Assembly: GCA_013239625.1 (NCBI GenBank)
Contig: MU053493.1
Location: 2,179,793-2,243,792 of the forward strand
Reading direction: 5' to 3'
From: Lama guanicoe
Lineage: Eukaryota
Length of the DNA stretch: 64,000 bases
Part shown: positions 24,885 to 38,196 of the stretch, piece after piece
Layout of the letters: every line of letters begins with the position of its first letter
Position numbering within the stretch: the stretch's first letter is position 1
Program-made: the position numbers and the translations under genes
Notes under the pieces: model-generated
Database searches by the model: none
What the model was told of the DNA's origin: nothing
Seen by the model: the letters and a program-made list of their open reading frames with translations, nothing else

Positions 24885-26569
24885 ACCTGACTTTTGGCGA
24901 CAGCCCCACAAGGGGGTTTCTGCCCCTACTCCTGGCCGCACCTCTAACCTATCGTCCACGTTGAAGAATCATCTTCAGTGCCAATCTGACCAAGTCACTC
25001 TCCCCTACCAACACTCTTCCCTCCTTGAGCTAAGTCCCAAAGCTTCAGGCTCAGAGGGTCCCTGCCCACGTGTCCTGCCTCCTCCAGGCCCCTCCCCCAC
25101 GGTGCGTCCCTCTGCCTCCCCGTCCCCTGTGCAGCTCATCACCCAGCACATGCAGCCCCCTCAGTAATAGCTATGGGACCAGGACCCACACGCCTATCAA
25201 TGCTCCTGCCCTCCTCCTGCAGCAAGTGCTGGGGACAGAGGGCACAGCTGTTATCTTCGGGCAGTCCCTCGCTGAGCAGGGCCTGTGCTCCCCGGTGCAT
25301 CCAAGTGCTGTCCCCTGCAGGCCCTCAGCGTGCAGACGCTCAGCCCCTCAGGGCCGGCACCCCTCTCACCCCCACCCGCCTAGCTCCGCAGTCACACTGA
25401 GGTGGCCCGGCCCTAAGGAACAGCGTTCTGACTTTTCCACTTTATTTTATAAAAAAAGCAATGCAAGTTCAATATATAAGAAATCAGGAAAATCAGAGAA
25501 GATAAATGAAGAAAATGAAACCATGTATCTCTCACTGCCTCTGAAACTTCTGATGCAGGTTAAGTTCTAGTGGATTCTGTTTCAAGAGATCTCAGTAAAA
25601 ATGGAATCACAATGTGGTCAAGAATCCTCCCTCACTACCACAATATCACACCCTGTAAGTACTCATTTACAACATTTTAATGGCTGAAGGGTATTCCATG
25701 GTATGAAAATACCATTTATTTAAAGATTAGTTTATAAATATTTGAGATCACAAACATTATGAGTAAAATTTTTTGAACAAGCTTATAAATATATGAATAT
25801 TTAATTAATACTCTCAGATCTAAGTGATTTTTTTGACATGATTTGAAAAGCCTGTTCCTTAGAGAGGCTGCCGATTAAAATTGTTTCCTCTAGTATTCAC
25901 TTCCAAATTTTCACAGCCAGACCCACACACGTCTTCCCTCTTTCCCATTTCTAACATCCCGATAAGCACAGCATTGGGTCTACGTCATTACGGCTACGTA
26001 AATATCGTCCATAGCTGAGCCACTAGGAGTACTATAATTGCAGTGATTTTAAAAAATCACATTACAGTATTTCATTGGGCTCGCTGCCACATTTTCCACC
26101 TGTCTTCTATACATCTATCATAAATTCATTCCAAGTCCTCTGCAGACCTGAGAGTCCCCTCTGACTGTGCTGGAGTATATCAAGTGGTCCATCCACTTGG
26201 GTCTTCTTGGATGTGGCCCTCTTGGGGCCCTCCATCCCCTGCCCCTTCTCACCTGGCCATCCCTTGGGACTGGTACACCATGGTGTCCAGAGACTTTCCA
26301 TCATCATGGACCCCCTCTGCATCTCTCCTGGGCTGGAGCCGTTCTTCCTTGATCCTGTCTTCTTTTCTCTCATTTTTCTCCCCCAATTTTTGGATGGATC
26401 ATATCCTCCAATAACTATCAGAGAAAGGATTCACAGCAGGTAGAACTTTTCAGACCCTGCGTGTCTGCTGTGTAGGGACAGAATTCCTAGGCTGTAGATG
26501 ACTTTCCCTCAGCACTTTTCTGGCAGTGATTTAACATGTTCTGACCTCGTGTGGCTGCTGAGAAGTCTG

Positions 26570-26790
26570 GTTCATTCATCAGCAAATATTTACCGAGGGC
26601 CAGCTGTTTACCAGGCATTGTTCTAGGCATGGGGGTTTGGCAGTGAAAAAGGGAGACACCCAGTGTCTCCCTCACAGAGCGGGCACTCACAGAGCAAGGG
26701 AAGAGGGTAACAAAGAATGAGTGAAGCCATGTGGTATGTCAGATAGGGACACATAAAACGAAAAGATAAGACCAGGAAATGGGGACCTCA
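26570..26790 (-). mobile_element. L2 3' end fragment
   Basis: ttcattcatcagcaaatatttaccgag…ccaggcattgttctaggc. Confidence 0.75.
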
Positions 26791-26819
26791 GGAAATAGGA
26801 AATCCTGCAATGAATATCT

Positions 26820-28830
26820 GCATTGTTACCAGTTTTTGCCATCACGTACTATACGTATTTGACTATCCTGCTGCATGTGGGTGAGACTGTCTGTAAGGTG
26901 CATGCTTACAAGTGGAACTGCTGGGTCACAGAGTATGTGAATGTTCAGCTACATAAAAGAATGCCAAGTTATATTCCAGAGGATTCCAAACTGGGAACAC
27001 CAACCCTGGGTCACCGGAAATGTTCTGATCCACATCCTCTGCACATTGGTACTGTCAAACTTGTTTTTGTTTGTTTGCTTAGGGCAATCCTAGCACTTTT
27101 GTCTCTTTGTTTTTATTAAAGTTTAGTTGATTTACAATGTTGTGTCAGTTTCAGATGTACAAGAAAGTAATTCAGCTATACATCTATATATATTCTTTTC
27201 CATTATAGTTTGTTACAAAATATTGAATACAGTTCCCTGTGCTATATAGTAGGACCTTGTTGTTTATCTGTTTTATATACAGTAGTTTATATCTGCTAAT
27301 CTCAAACTGCTAATTTATCCCTCCCCTTTCCCCTTTGGTAACCATAAGTTTCTTTCCTATGTCTGTGAGTCTGTTTCTGTTTTGTAAATAAGTTCATTTG
27401 TCTCATTTTTTTAGACTACACATAGAAGTGATATCATGTGATACTTCTTTCTCGGACTTAACTTCACTTAATATGATAATCTCTAGGTCTGTCCATGTTG
27501 CTGCAAAGGGCATTGCTTCATTCTTTTTTATGGCTGAGTAATATTCCATTCTGTCTAAATACCACTTCTTCTTTATTGAGTCCTCTGTTGATGGACATTT
27601 AGGTTGTTTCCATCGTCTTGGCTATTATAAACAGTGCTGCAGTGAACATTGGGGTGCATGCAAACTTCTTAATTTTGGCCAATCTAGTAGGTGTAGATGC
27701 TATCTCTCTGTAGTCTAACTTTGTATCTTCATGCTGACCAGAGAATCTTTTCACATGCTCACTGAATACACACAGTCCACTTCTGTCAAATGCCTGCTGA
27801 AGCATTTCATCCATTTTTCCATTGAGTCTTGGGTCTTTTCTCTACTGATCTGTGGGAGTTCATCACACAAAGTCACAATCAGTTACGAGTATTGCAAATA
27901 TCTTCTTCTACTTGTCTTTTACTTTCTTTATGTCTTTTAATTTTAAAAAACTAAATTTAATTTAAAGGTAGTTATATTTTTCAAATATATGTATTTTTAG
28001 CTTTGGCATTTTTGTGTCTTGTTTGAAAAAGTCTTCCTAAGTCTCTGATGGAAAAGAATTGTCTTACATTTTACACACTATTGTGAAAGTTCTAAAGTCC
28101 AGCCCTTTCAACCACTTGAAAGTGATTATCCTGTATAGAGGACCAACAGCTCCGGGTGATAATCCTGTCGAAATGACCAATAGCTCCAGCTCATTGAGAG
28201 CAGGGTGCCTCCTCTCTATGCCTGCCTGGCCATGTGAACCTCCACCACGCAGCATGGCCTCACATATCTGTTTTGGGGTTCTGTTATATTTTACTGATTG
28301 ATTCATCTACTTCTGTACCTAAGCTTAATTTCTCTGTCTTTAAAATGAGTCTTGCTTGATACCTGCTATCATAAATCCCTTCTGAACTTTTTCAGGAGTC
28401 AGACTTGACTTCTCTTGGCCAATAGTTCTTTCATATAATTTTATAATTAGGTTGTGAAATCCCACTCTCCCCCTGAAAAAAAAAATCCTGTTATGAATTT
28501 TAATGGAATAAACTGAATCTATAAATTGAATCTAACTGGGGGAAAAAACATCATCTTCATATATTGAGTCTGCCTGGCTCTTTATAAATATGGTATATCT
28601 CTCCACTTGTTTAGGTTTTTTGTAACATTCTTCAGTAAAGTGTTAGAATTTTCTGCATACAAGTTTTAGACATCTTTTATTAGGTGTATTTCTAGGTTCC
28701 TCATTTTTGTGCTATTGTAAATGATGCCCTTTCTAAAAATTACATTTTTCTGTCTGTCACTGAAGTACAAAGGTACAACTGGATTTTGGTTTATTAATCT
28801 TCTAACTAACCCCCTTGCTAAACTCTTATC
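26820..28830 (-). mobile_element. Old L1 ORF2/3' region hosting a younger L1
   Basis: T-rich L1 antisense motifs (ggaactgctgggtca; tggtatatctctccacttgtttagg) that continue across the 27066-27660 insert. Confidence 0.7.
27066..27660 (-). mobile_element. Younger cetartiodactyl-type L1 3' end with an extended tail
   Basis: tttattaaagtttagttgatttacaatgttgtg…gaacattggggtgcatg. TSD caaacttgtt (27056-27065) / caaacttctt (27661-27670). Confidence 0.88.
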
Positions 28831-30649
28831 TGACTGACCACATTGTTTGATTTGTTTTTCCTCTTCACTTATTGATCAGTAAGATGAAAGATAAATGAAC
28901 TCATTATGAGCACACTGCCTTGGTCCTGCTTTTTGCGTGCTTGTCTGGTAGTCAGTCACATCTCCTTCTTGGATCCATTATTTCAATATAGTTTTATGTC
29001 TGTAACTCCCAGCCAATTAAGAGTTTCTGAAAGGCATTTATCTGATGTAGCAGATTATTTTTCAGATGATAACTGTCTCCCACCCCACTGTTTATTTCTC
29101 TAGATTTTTTATCTAAAGCCCTATGCAAGAATCAACAATTTCCAAAATACTGTGTCCAGGCTTCACCAATCACAGGCTCTGCATACAGTGCTTTACTCGT
29201 GTACCACCTTTTCCGCTGTTCCTACCACAATTTGTTACAGCTTTTAAAACTCTGCCCACACTTCCTAAAACAATGATGGCCCTGGGAACCATGGGAGAGT
29301 GGGCAGAGAGCACATGGTTAGCGTCCTAGTGTAGAACCCCAAGGACAACTCTCACCACTGACTTCCACAGTGATCATCTCATTCAACACCAACTGTGAAG
29401 TGCAACACTGTCTCCCTTCTTACAAAGAAACCAGGTCTCCAAGATGTGAAATGATCTGTTTGAGGAAACAGACTTAGCAAATTGTAAAGTTGACATGAAG
29501 AAGCCTAACCTATCCCATTAAAGAATCAACACTGGGGAGCCACAAAGTTGTACCACAGAAGCAATTCCATTGAGAATTAAGACTGTTTTAAAGTTTCCCA
29601 CAATAATCTGAGTAAAAAAAGAAACGTTCACGTGGGTAAAATGTGTAAGTGGTATAAATTATCTTGCAAATATAACTTAGGGCTATTTTCAATATAAATC
29701 ATCTCAAATCAAGATTTGATTTTCTCTAATAGCTCTGGTCTAAAAAGGATAGTTTTGAACAGGAGTGAAAAAGACATGCATTCACTGCTTCTTTAATTGC
29801 ACTTTCTGCAAAACTCTGCAGTTCTATTTTAATATTTGATTACAGCATCAATAGAGCTATATTCCACAAAAGCAATTATGTTGGCTCAGCAAAAAATCAG
29901 CAGAATAGTATGTGGCATACTAACAACTATAAGGATAGAAGCAATTTAAAACATTTCAGAATGATGATGGGGATAATTTTTTCAGGATTTACAGCAAACA
30001 TATTTCAAAGACATGCTATCATGGAGTCTACTGCAAAGTTTAAGTTATGCATTACACAAAAATGCACAGAGAGCCCAGTAATTTATCAAAACACATAATA
30101 GCACTCTAAAAAATCTAAGCATTCCATACACTTCCTACTCACCAGCTCTCTCCATGTATAAAAGTATTTAATGTAAAGTGCTTTTGGAATGCACCTCTTT
30201 GAAAGCAGCTGAGAGCAGGGAAATTCAGAGAAGCTACAGGGAGGAGAGACTCTCCCTTCTGCAGGGGAGCTCACCTCTGCAGCCACTCTTATCCTAGAGG
30301 CACTGGCCAATTCCAGGAACAAGCAGGAGCCTGAGAATCATGGCATGGCTTTAGGTGGAGACTTAGGGTCCAAGCACAGATGTGGCTTTCCCCTTGGGAC
30401 ATGTGTCAAATTCTGAGGACAAGAGATATAAATCTTAAACAAAAAAGCTACTGAAAGCACAGTGAAGACAAAGATTCTAATTTGGAAACTCCAGACAGAA
30501 GGGCTGTGAGGAATACAAACGACTCTCCTCTGGAAACTCTAACAGGTCAGAGCTCAGAAGAATAAGACTTCAGCTCATCTGGGCTGCAGACCAGCTCGGA
30601 TGCAGCAGATCCTGGCTGGATTAAGGTGATGTCCACCAGATAATCCAGA

Positions 30650-31680
30650 TAATGAAGTTACTCAACCGACAATTATTATATCCAAGAAAACAGAGGAAAA
30701 GATGAACAGAATAAATGAGAAGAAGAATTTCTCCACATTAATTACAATCTTTAAAAATAAAAGAGAAAGGCAGGGAGACCATAGCTCAGTGGTACAGTAT
30801 GTGCTTAGCATGCATGAGGTCCTGAGTTCAATCCCAGTACCTCCAATAAATAAATAAATTAAATTAATGAATAAATAAGCAAACAAACCTAAATTACCCC
30901 CCCAAAAATAGCTTTAAAAAAATCACACACAACTAGGATTTTCAAATTTAAAATAAACTAACCAAAGAGAACAAAAAAAATTTTAAAGGAGAAAAACAGA
31001 GAACTAAAAAAGCAATATCCAAAATCAGTAACTCAATGGAAGGGTTTAACAACAAATTAGACACAGCAGAAGACAGGATTAGTAAACTAGAAGACCAGTC
31101 AATTAAAACAAATACCCAAGCTATGAGGAAAAGAATAAAAAGTATTAGAGAGGAGCAAGACATTAGGAAAGGCCTAACTTGTGTGATTCAAGTTCCAGAG
31201 AGAGAGAAAGAGAATAGGGTTAAAGAGATAATAGTCAAGAATTTTCCAAAACAATTAAAATATCAAATCAGAAACTATTCAAGAAGCTTTGCAAAGCCAA
31301 GCTGGCTTATTGCAGGGGTGCATGGGTGGGAACTAAATAAAAGAGGAAATATTAGCAGCAGTAAAGGGTGGAATGGAACATGCACAAAACACATTACCTT
31401 CAAAGAAGTAACAAAAAGATGAAAAATCAACTTCTAACAGAAATGACAGAAATCATCTTTAAAGCCCCAAAAGAAAATAACTGCCAACCTAGAATTCCAT
31501 AACCAAGAAAACATCCTTCAAAAAATGAAGATTAAACTTATTAAGACTTCTTCAGACAATCAGAGCAGACTTCGTCACCAGCAAACCTGCACTAGGAAAA
31601 GCAAAAAGAAAATGATCCGGAGGGAAGTCCAGATAAAAAGGAATAAAGACTGATGAAAGGGATGAATGAGTACTGACTGT
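30650..31680 (+). mobile_element. Old L1 ORF1 remnant
   Basis: ORF 31036-31422 begins MEGFNNKLDTAEDRISKLED, matching the L1 ORF1 coiled-coil region; ccaacctagaattc follows downstream. Confidence 0.8.
30769..30920 (+). mobile_element. Vic-1-type SINE
   Basis: atagctcagtggtacag…gcttagcatgcatgaggtcctgagttcaatcccagtacctcc…aaacctaaattacccc. Confidence 0.9.
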
Positions 31681-31866
31681 AACCAAACTTTGGAAGCCAT
31701 GAAAAAGACAGACAGGTGTTACCGATTTGGTAGAATTAAGAACGATGGATCCCAGAGCAGCAGCACCAGCAGCAGAGAAAACAGAACAACCCTGTGTTCA
31801 TCTCAGAATCCCCAGCAGGTATAGGGACAGGCCTCACTAGCACCTCTGGAACCGGGGCTGAACTGA

Positions 31867-32414
31867 TGTAGAAAGTTCAAGGGATTCGGGGGCTGGTCAA
31901 GGAAACATAAACCAAAGAAGCAGTAAAATACAACAAGCTTTATTTATCAGGTGGCACCTGGTTGCATGAGAGGGGAAGTCCCTCAGCATGACACCACTCA
32001 GGGGGTTAAGGCCAGGGGACCCCCTTCAGAAGAGGAGGAGGGTGAGGCGAGAGGTAGAGGGTGTCAGAGAGGGACTCGCACGTTCAGATGATGTCACTCA
32101 GCACCATGGGGGGCAGTCTCTGGGTAGGAGAGGTCCGAAGGGCAGCAGCGGCTTGGGGTCTTATAACCACGAGGCCTGATCTTATCAACGGCCAGGGGAA
32201 GCTACAGGAGGCTTTGTGGAGTATGCAAAGCAGTAAGGCTCAAAATGCTTTATTAAAAAAAAACTGCTTATTTAGGCTGTTCTGTAAAATAACTAGATGT
32301 GAAAAAATTCAAGTTTGGCAAGAGCAAGCTTTAACATTAACAGGTCTCAACCCACAGTGAAGAAATAACCTAGGGGCCAATACACATAGGCCACCTTTGG
32401 ACATTTATACAACA
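31867..32414 (-). mobile_element. Solo LTR, ERVL class (MER54/MER73-like)
   Basis: TG…CA termini; 5-bp TSD ACTGA / ATTGA (one mismatch); the minus strand starts …aaaggtggcctatgtgtattggcccctagg and has AATAAA near 31940. Confidence 0.7.
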
Positions 32415-35400
32415 ATTGAGTAGGGGGAGGCTGAAACAAGGAAGGAAAATTGTGGAAACTACTTGAAAAAAGTTAGCTTCCTAGATTTCCCTTCCTTTAC
32501 CCCAGCAGAATTCTAGACATTTCTTCAACCCTGAAAAGGTTAAAACAAAAGGTCTGTGGTGTGAGGATGGACCGTCACCAGTTCACAGAGCAGCAGGGTG
32601 AGCTACGAGAAGGCACGTTGTGGCCATGCCCTCTGCCACTGCAGCACCTTTGTAGATGAAACACAGGATGTGCTCCACCAAAATGAGGATGCAGAGTCAG
32701 AATGAGGAAGACCTGAGACCCAGGAAATGGGCAGATGGAATTCCAATTATGACAGCTAAGAGAGAGTCCAGGATGATGACTGTACAGCAGGCTTAGACTG
32801 TATCAACCCAAAAGAATGAAGTGTCTGAGAAGAAAAAGGGAACAGAGAGATTACCTGCTGGAATTGACTTGGTGCAAAATTGTACTGAGAGGCTACAGCA
32901 AGAGAATGATTAAGAAAATGAAAAAGCAAGGCAAGTATCAACTTCAGGAAAACAAAAAGTAAGTTAGGCAACAATTGTAATACACTACACAGCTTTACCA
33001 AGAATAGTATTTGCATACATATGGTAATGTAAACCCAAATACAGACTTAACTAAATTTGTAATGTATCCAGTCTGGAGGGTGAGGAAAGGAAGCAGAGAG
33101 GGCAGTGACGTAAAAAGCTAAAAATCTTCACTGCCATAATGATGTCTGAAACTGATGAATCAAAGACAGCAGGATCTGTATCCTGTTTAGAAATGTGGAG
33201 ATGCGGTGTCAAGAAAGAACCTAAAAAAAAAAAAAATCAACAAAAGTACTGGCCTCAGTGCAGGTTAAGGCAAGGAACTGTTGGGCTTTCCTATCTGCTA
33301 TTTGACTTTTAAAACTATGTCCTTATTTTATTAGATAACATAAAAATTAATTTTAAAAAGAGATACACATGAATATTTTTCCTTTTAGCAGCATAAAATT
33401 TGGAATTTTTATTTCAAACCACTATTAATACCAGCCTCTCTAATGCCTGGGAAAAAACAGCTGATCCTTTAAATTTTTTTAATGTGAAAGAGTTTAAACT
33501 GTCCTAAATTATGCCAAAACTCCCCAAATTTCCCCGTTTTTCATGGTACCATTGGCCAAAACAAATCTGATGTTTCTATCCACAAACTACCAAAAGGATT
33601 AAGATCAGTTAATTTCTTTGATTATCATTTAATGAGTGGTTGACTTTAAGTACTGGACAGCAGCCAACTTCACTCCAGATGCCAAATACAGCATGATGGA
33701 ACCCCAGAAAATAACTCAAAATGAGAAGACACCAGCTGAATGGTGCTGAGCAAATGACCACCCTCTGGAATCAGGATCCCGTGGACCTGATCTCCTACCA
33801 TCTCAGTGGATGAAACCCACCCTCTGACAGTTTCAGAGGGGATGCTAGGACTGAGCTAAAGTCCTTGAATTATAAAGAAGAAAGAAATGTTAAATTCTTG
33901 GATTTGAAAAGAGGGGACAGCAGAGAAAGATCTAGGAGTTTAGAGAGGAAAAAGCCAGCAAGTTTGTATATTCAATGAGGGAGGAATAAGAAAGACCTCT
34001 GGTAGCTCTAAGGCCAAAGAACTCCAGAGAGCTATAATGCTGATACCTGCTGGATACTGCGTATGCAGAGCAATCCCCCACCCACTACCGTCTCCCCTCA
34101 AAATCATCAGTAGTACATTTGTTTTCAGGATGCTTCAGAAAAGACATCGTTGTATGGGTAGACTGGGGTGGGGGGGAGGTGACAAGGACTCGCGAAGGTT
34201 CTGAGTGTCAAATTTGGAAAAGACAGGGCAGTGCTGAAACAGCCCCTGAGCATGGGGATTTGGAACAACAGACCACATAATCTGGAGAAATCAGAAGAAA
34301 GTTTGTGGAGGGCTTGGGACATCTTGGACAAAAGAACTGATGCAGGTCCCAGCCAATTACACCAGATCTTAGAGGGCAGGGGGTGCTGGATGGAATCAGA
34401 GATATACAATCAAATGAAAAATTGTGTGGTAGGTGACAGTGTTTCAGAATGTTTCCTGGAGGATACTAGCTTCTCAAGGAACTCGTACAAATCAGTGAGG
34501 TCTGAAAACTTGACCTAGGATCTCCCTCTCACAAGGAGTCAGGGCGTTGTACATGAGAGTAACAAATATATCATACATATGATAATACACAGCACAGGAA
34601 AGAAAACAGTTCAACTTTGAATAACTAGGCCTTCTCCAAATGTGACCTTGGAATCTTTTAAAAATTCAAAATACATATTTATATCATGCATAACCAGTCC
34701 TGCCCTGCACACGCTGCATAGGAAATGCTGACATAGGAAATTACAGTGGGAATCCAAACAGAGATAAGGTCGAGTGTTTATTTCTTTTCAAAACTGAAAT
34801 AGCTTTCTCTGATGGTATAAATAATATACACTCATGTTGCTAAATTTAGATAACATGAAAAATTATACAGAGAAGAAAATAAAATTTACCCGCACTACCG
34901 CATACAGAGATAAACCAATGGCAATATTTAAGAGTATTTATACCTAGCTTTTTTCTATTTACAAAGTTCATTTGATTTTTTTTAAATAAAGACTATGCTC
35001 ACAGTACAGTCTTTCATTTAGAAATATACTGTGACATCTGTGGACACCAATCCTTCAGTGATAAACAGTCTCAAGATTTTTCCCTGTCATGAAAAACAAA
35101 TGAGGTTGCTGTCACTGCTGACCCTCTCCTATCTTTCCTGGGCGGGCTTGACCCACCCCGGCTGCCCAGCCCACCAGGAGCCCAACATGAAGGCACTGAT
35201 AGCAAGGAGGAGGGGCAGGGGAAGGGCTCCGAGAATTTCTGGTTTATCTATTCTGGTCTTAACCATGAGGCAGAAAGAAATGCCAGGCAGTGCCCAACTC
35301 CAGGCATTTTTAAGCCGACAGTCTGAACACATGTCTTTGCATTTATAACTCGAGACTTTCCATAAGGTGTCCTCTGCACAAATTCCTAGCAGATCGTTCC

Positions 35401-35480
35401 CCAGCTCCTCCTTCACTGGTAGTCATGGACTATCACATGTTTGCCTAGTGTGCAAGGAGCTTTGGCAGGGAAGAGATCTC

Positions 35481-35956
35481 TGCAGGAAGCCCCTATGGTC
35501 TCTCCGCTAACCTTACACCAGGCACCCCGTGCCTTTCCTCTGATCACACAGTACCTTGCCTAACATGTTTCTTCATAAACCTTGCTTGTTTCCTAGACCA
35601 AAGAAGGAGAAATGGGAAATAACTAACATATGACCAGATATCTTCCTTAGCTTCCCCTTCAGTCCTCTCCTGAACAAACTGTGTGAACAAGGCAGCACCT
35701 AAGGGAAATTCACAAGAAGCTGAGAAGCCTGCACGCAGTGGGGGACAGTGATGACTCTGACCTCCATCTCAACGATCACCGAGATTATGTCTTCTTTTCC
35801 CTTGAAAACTTTCATGGCTGAGCAGACTTTTGGGAGATGGTCTTTGGGGGACACTGAGTCCACCGTCGCCCCAGACTGCTAGCATTCTGATTAAAAGCAA
35901 TATCCAAAAGGGACCCTCCGGCTAGTCTGACTAGTCCAGTTCGTCCCATGGCAACA
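35481..35956 (+). mobile_element. Probable ERV1-class solo LTR
   Basis: gagatggtctttgggggacactgagtccacc…ctgattaaaagc…ggcaaca end; possible TSD TCTC / TTTC. The left boundary is uncertain. Confidence 0.55.
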
Positions 35957-36004
35957 TTTCTGTGTCCTGTCTGCCTCTGTTGCATTTCAGTCTCTTCCTC
36001 ACAC

Positions 36005-36223
36005 TCTGACCCCTCCCCTTTGGTAATCATAAGTTTGTTTTCTATGCCTGCGAGTCTGCTTCTGTTTTGTAAATAAGCTCATTTGAATCATCTTTTAGAT
36101 TCCACATATAAGTGATTATCATGGTATTTGTCTCTGTCTGACTTACTTCACTTAGAATGACAATCTCCAGGTCCATCCATCTTGCTGCAAATGCTATTAT
36201 TTCATTCTTTTTATGGCTGAGTA
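36005..36223 (-). mobile_element. L1 3'UTR/ORF2-end fragment
   Basis: ccctttggtaatcataagtttg…ttcattctttttatggctgagta. Confidence 0.85.
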
Positions 36224-36969
36224 AATCAGTCTCTTCTTCTGCAATGAGATTTCCTCCTTAGATTCCACTGAGGTCATGAATCAGAGTTGGTGTTAAGTTA
36301 TATTCTGTATCTCTGTTTCACTGTGTGTCACTTACCCCAAAGGCTTCCTGAAGTCAGTATATGATGTACCCAAAATGTTAACAAATGTTTCAAAGTGCTC
36401 CACGTACTGAGCACCAAGAAGTCAGTACAATGCCAGAGGCAGAGGCAACACATTGTCCCCAGAAGCAGAAAAGAACTGCACCATCAGGAGGGAACGTGAG
36501 GGACCGTGAGGGACCATGAGGGCTCCGACACACAGTTGTGTGTTGGACATGAGCAATGCAGGAAGGAAACGCCACCCGCAGACGTGTGGCTTGCAGGAGA
36601 GACGGCGGAGGGGACCCTTCCACCTCTGTGGCGCTTCTTGTCCTCTGACCCTGTGTGGTTTATTCGGTTACATTTAAAACAAACTAGAAATTTCTGTTGT
36701 ACTATTCTAAGCCTCTATATGTCTCTATAAACACTCAGTGTACTACTAATTCTTATTCTTCTATGTTTCCATTCTTTCCAGGCCTAAATCATTATCCCAC
36801 AGCTACTTTCAAGTAACTGTGAACGAATGACTCCCCCCACCCCCCGCTCCACCGTTCATCAGAATCCCAGGGTTGGGGTGGCAGGGTGGGGGCTGAGATA
36901 GAAAGGCCTATCACCTGATCCCGCCCCCAGACTAATCTGGGGTTCCTGAGATGTGGCCCAATTTACCAG

Positions 36970-37330
36970 CTTCTCCAGTTGCTGTAACCTATCACCACAA
37001 ACTTAGTGGCTTAAAACACATAAGCGTGTGACTTTACAGGTTGGCAGGCCCCATGCCTTCCTGAGGCTCTTCCAGCCTCGGGACTGCCAGCTCAACCTCT
37101 ACTCCCATCCTCACCCTCCTCCTCTGACTTTCCTGCCTCCCTCTTTCCCTCCTGAGGACCTCGTGATGACACTGGGCTCACCCAGATGATCCAGGACAAT
37201 CTCCCCATTTCAAAATCCATAACCTCATCCCATCCGCAGAGTCTTTTTTGCCTGCAAAGTAACCCACTCCCAGGTCCTACGGATTAGGACATCGGACCTG
37301 GTGGAGGCAGACATTCTTCTGTCTACACAC
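36970..37330 (-). mobile_element. MaLR LTR (MLT1C/D-like)
   Basis: caccacaaacttagtggcttaaaac…cccagatgatccaggacaatctcccc…gattaggacat. Confidence 0.8.
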
Positions 37331-37611
37331 CCAGAAATCTGCACGTTTAATAAGCACCAGCAGACTCCACAGTGAGAAATACCAAGCTAGGGTTACCACA
37401 TCGCCACTGGACCCTAATTTTTTAGGACAGGAGACCTCTTTACCAGAAAAGTGCAAAACTGACACCCTGATGAACAAATTGATTATAACAGAAACAGAAC
37501 ACTCCCTAGCTATTTATTAGGATAGAATGTTGCAATATGTACCTCACCTACTTATTATAAGGATTAACTTTTAAGTGAGATATCAAATGAGAAAAAAAGA
37601 CATATTTATAG

Positions 37612-38090
37612 GAAGATGTGGTGTATATATACACAGTGGAATACTACTCGGTCATAAAAAAGAATAAAATGCCATTTGCAGCAACATGGATGGACCTGGA
37701 GATTGTCATGCTAAGTGATGTAAGTCAGACAAAGACAGTATCATATGACATCTTTGATATGTGGAATCTAAAAAATGATATAAATGAACTTATTTACAAA
37801 ACAAATAGACTCACAGACATAGAAAACAAACTGTGGTTACTAAAGGGGAATGGGAGGGTTGGAGGGATAAACTAGGAGTTTGGGATTAGCAGATACAGAC
37901 TACTATATATAAAATAGATAAACAATAAGGACCTACTTACAGCACTGGGAACTATATTCCATATCTTAACCTATAATAGAAAAGAATCTGAAAAAATATA
38001 TAGGTATATATTTAAATAACTGAATCATTCTGCTGTACACCTGAAATTAATACAACATTGTAAATCAACTATACTTCAATACAAAAAAAT
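37612..38090 (+). mobile_element. L1 3' end (ORF2 tail and 3'UTR)
   Basis: Translates as YIYTVEYYSVIKKNKMPFAATWMDLEIVML; ends in atacttcaata plus an A tail. Confidence 0.9.
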
Positions 38091-38196
38091 TTCTTTTAAA
38101 GAGTCAGTGGAGTAAAATAATAATCAAACCAAAAACCTGGGATGTGATGTTTGTCTACTCGCTAGAAGTCTTTCCCACAAGGAAATCAATAGCCCT

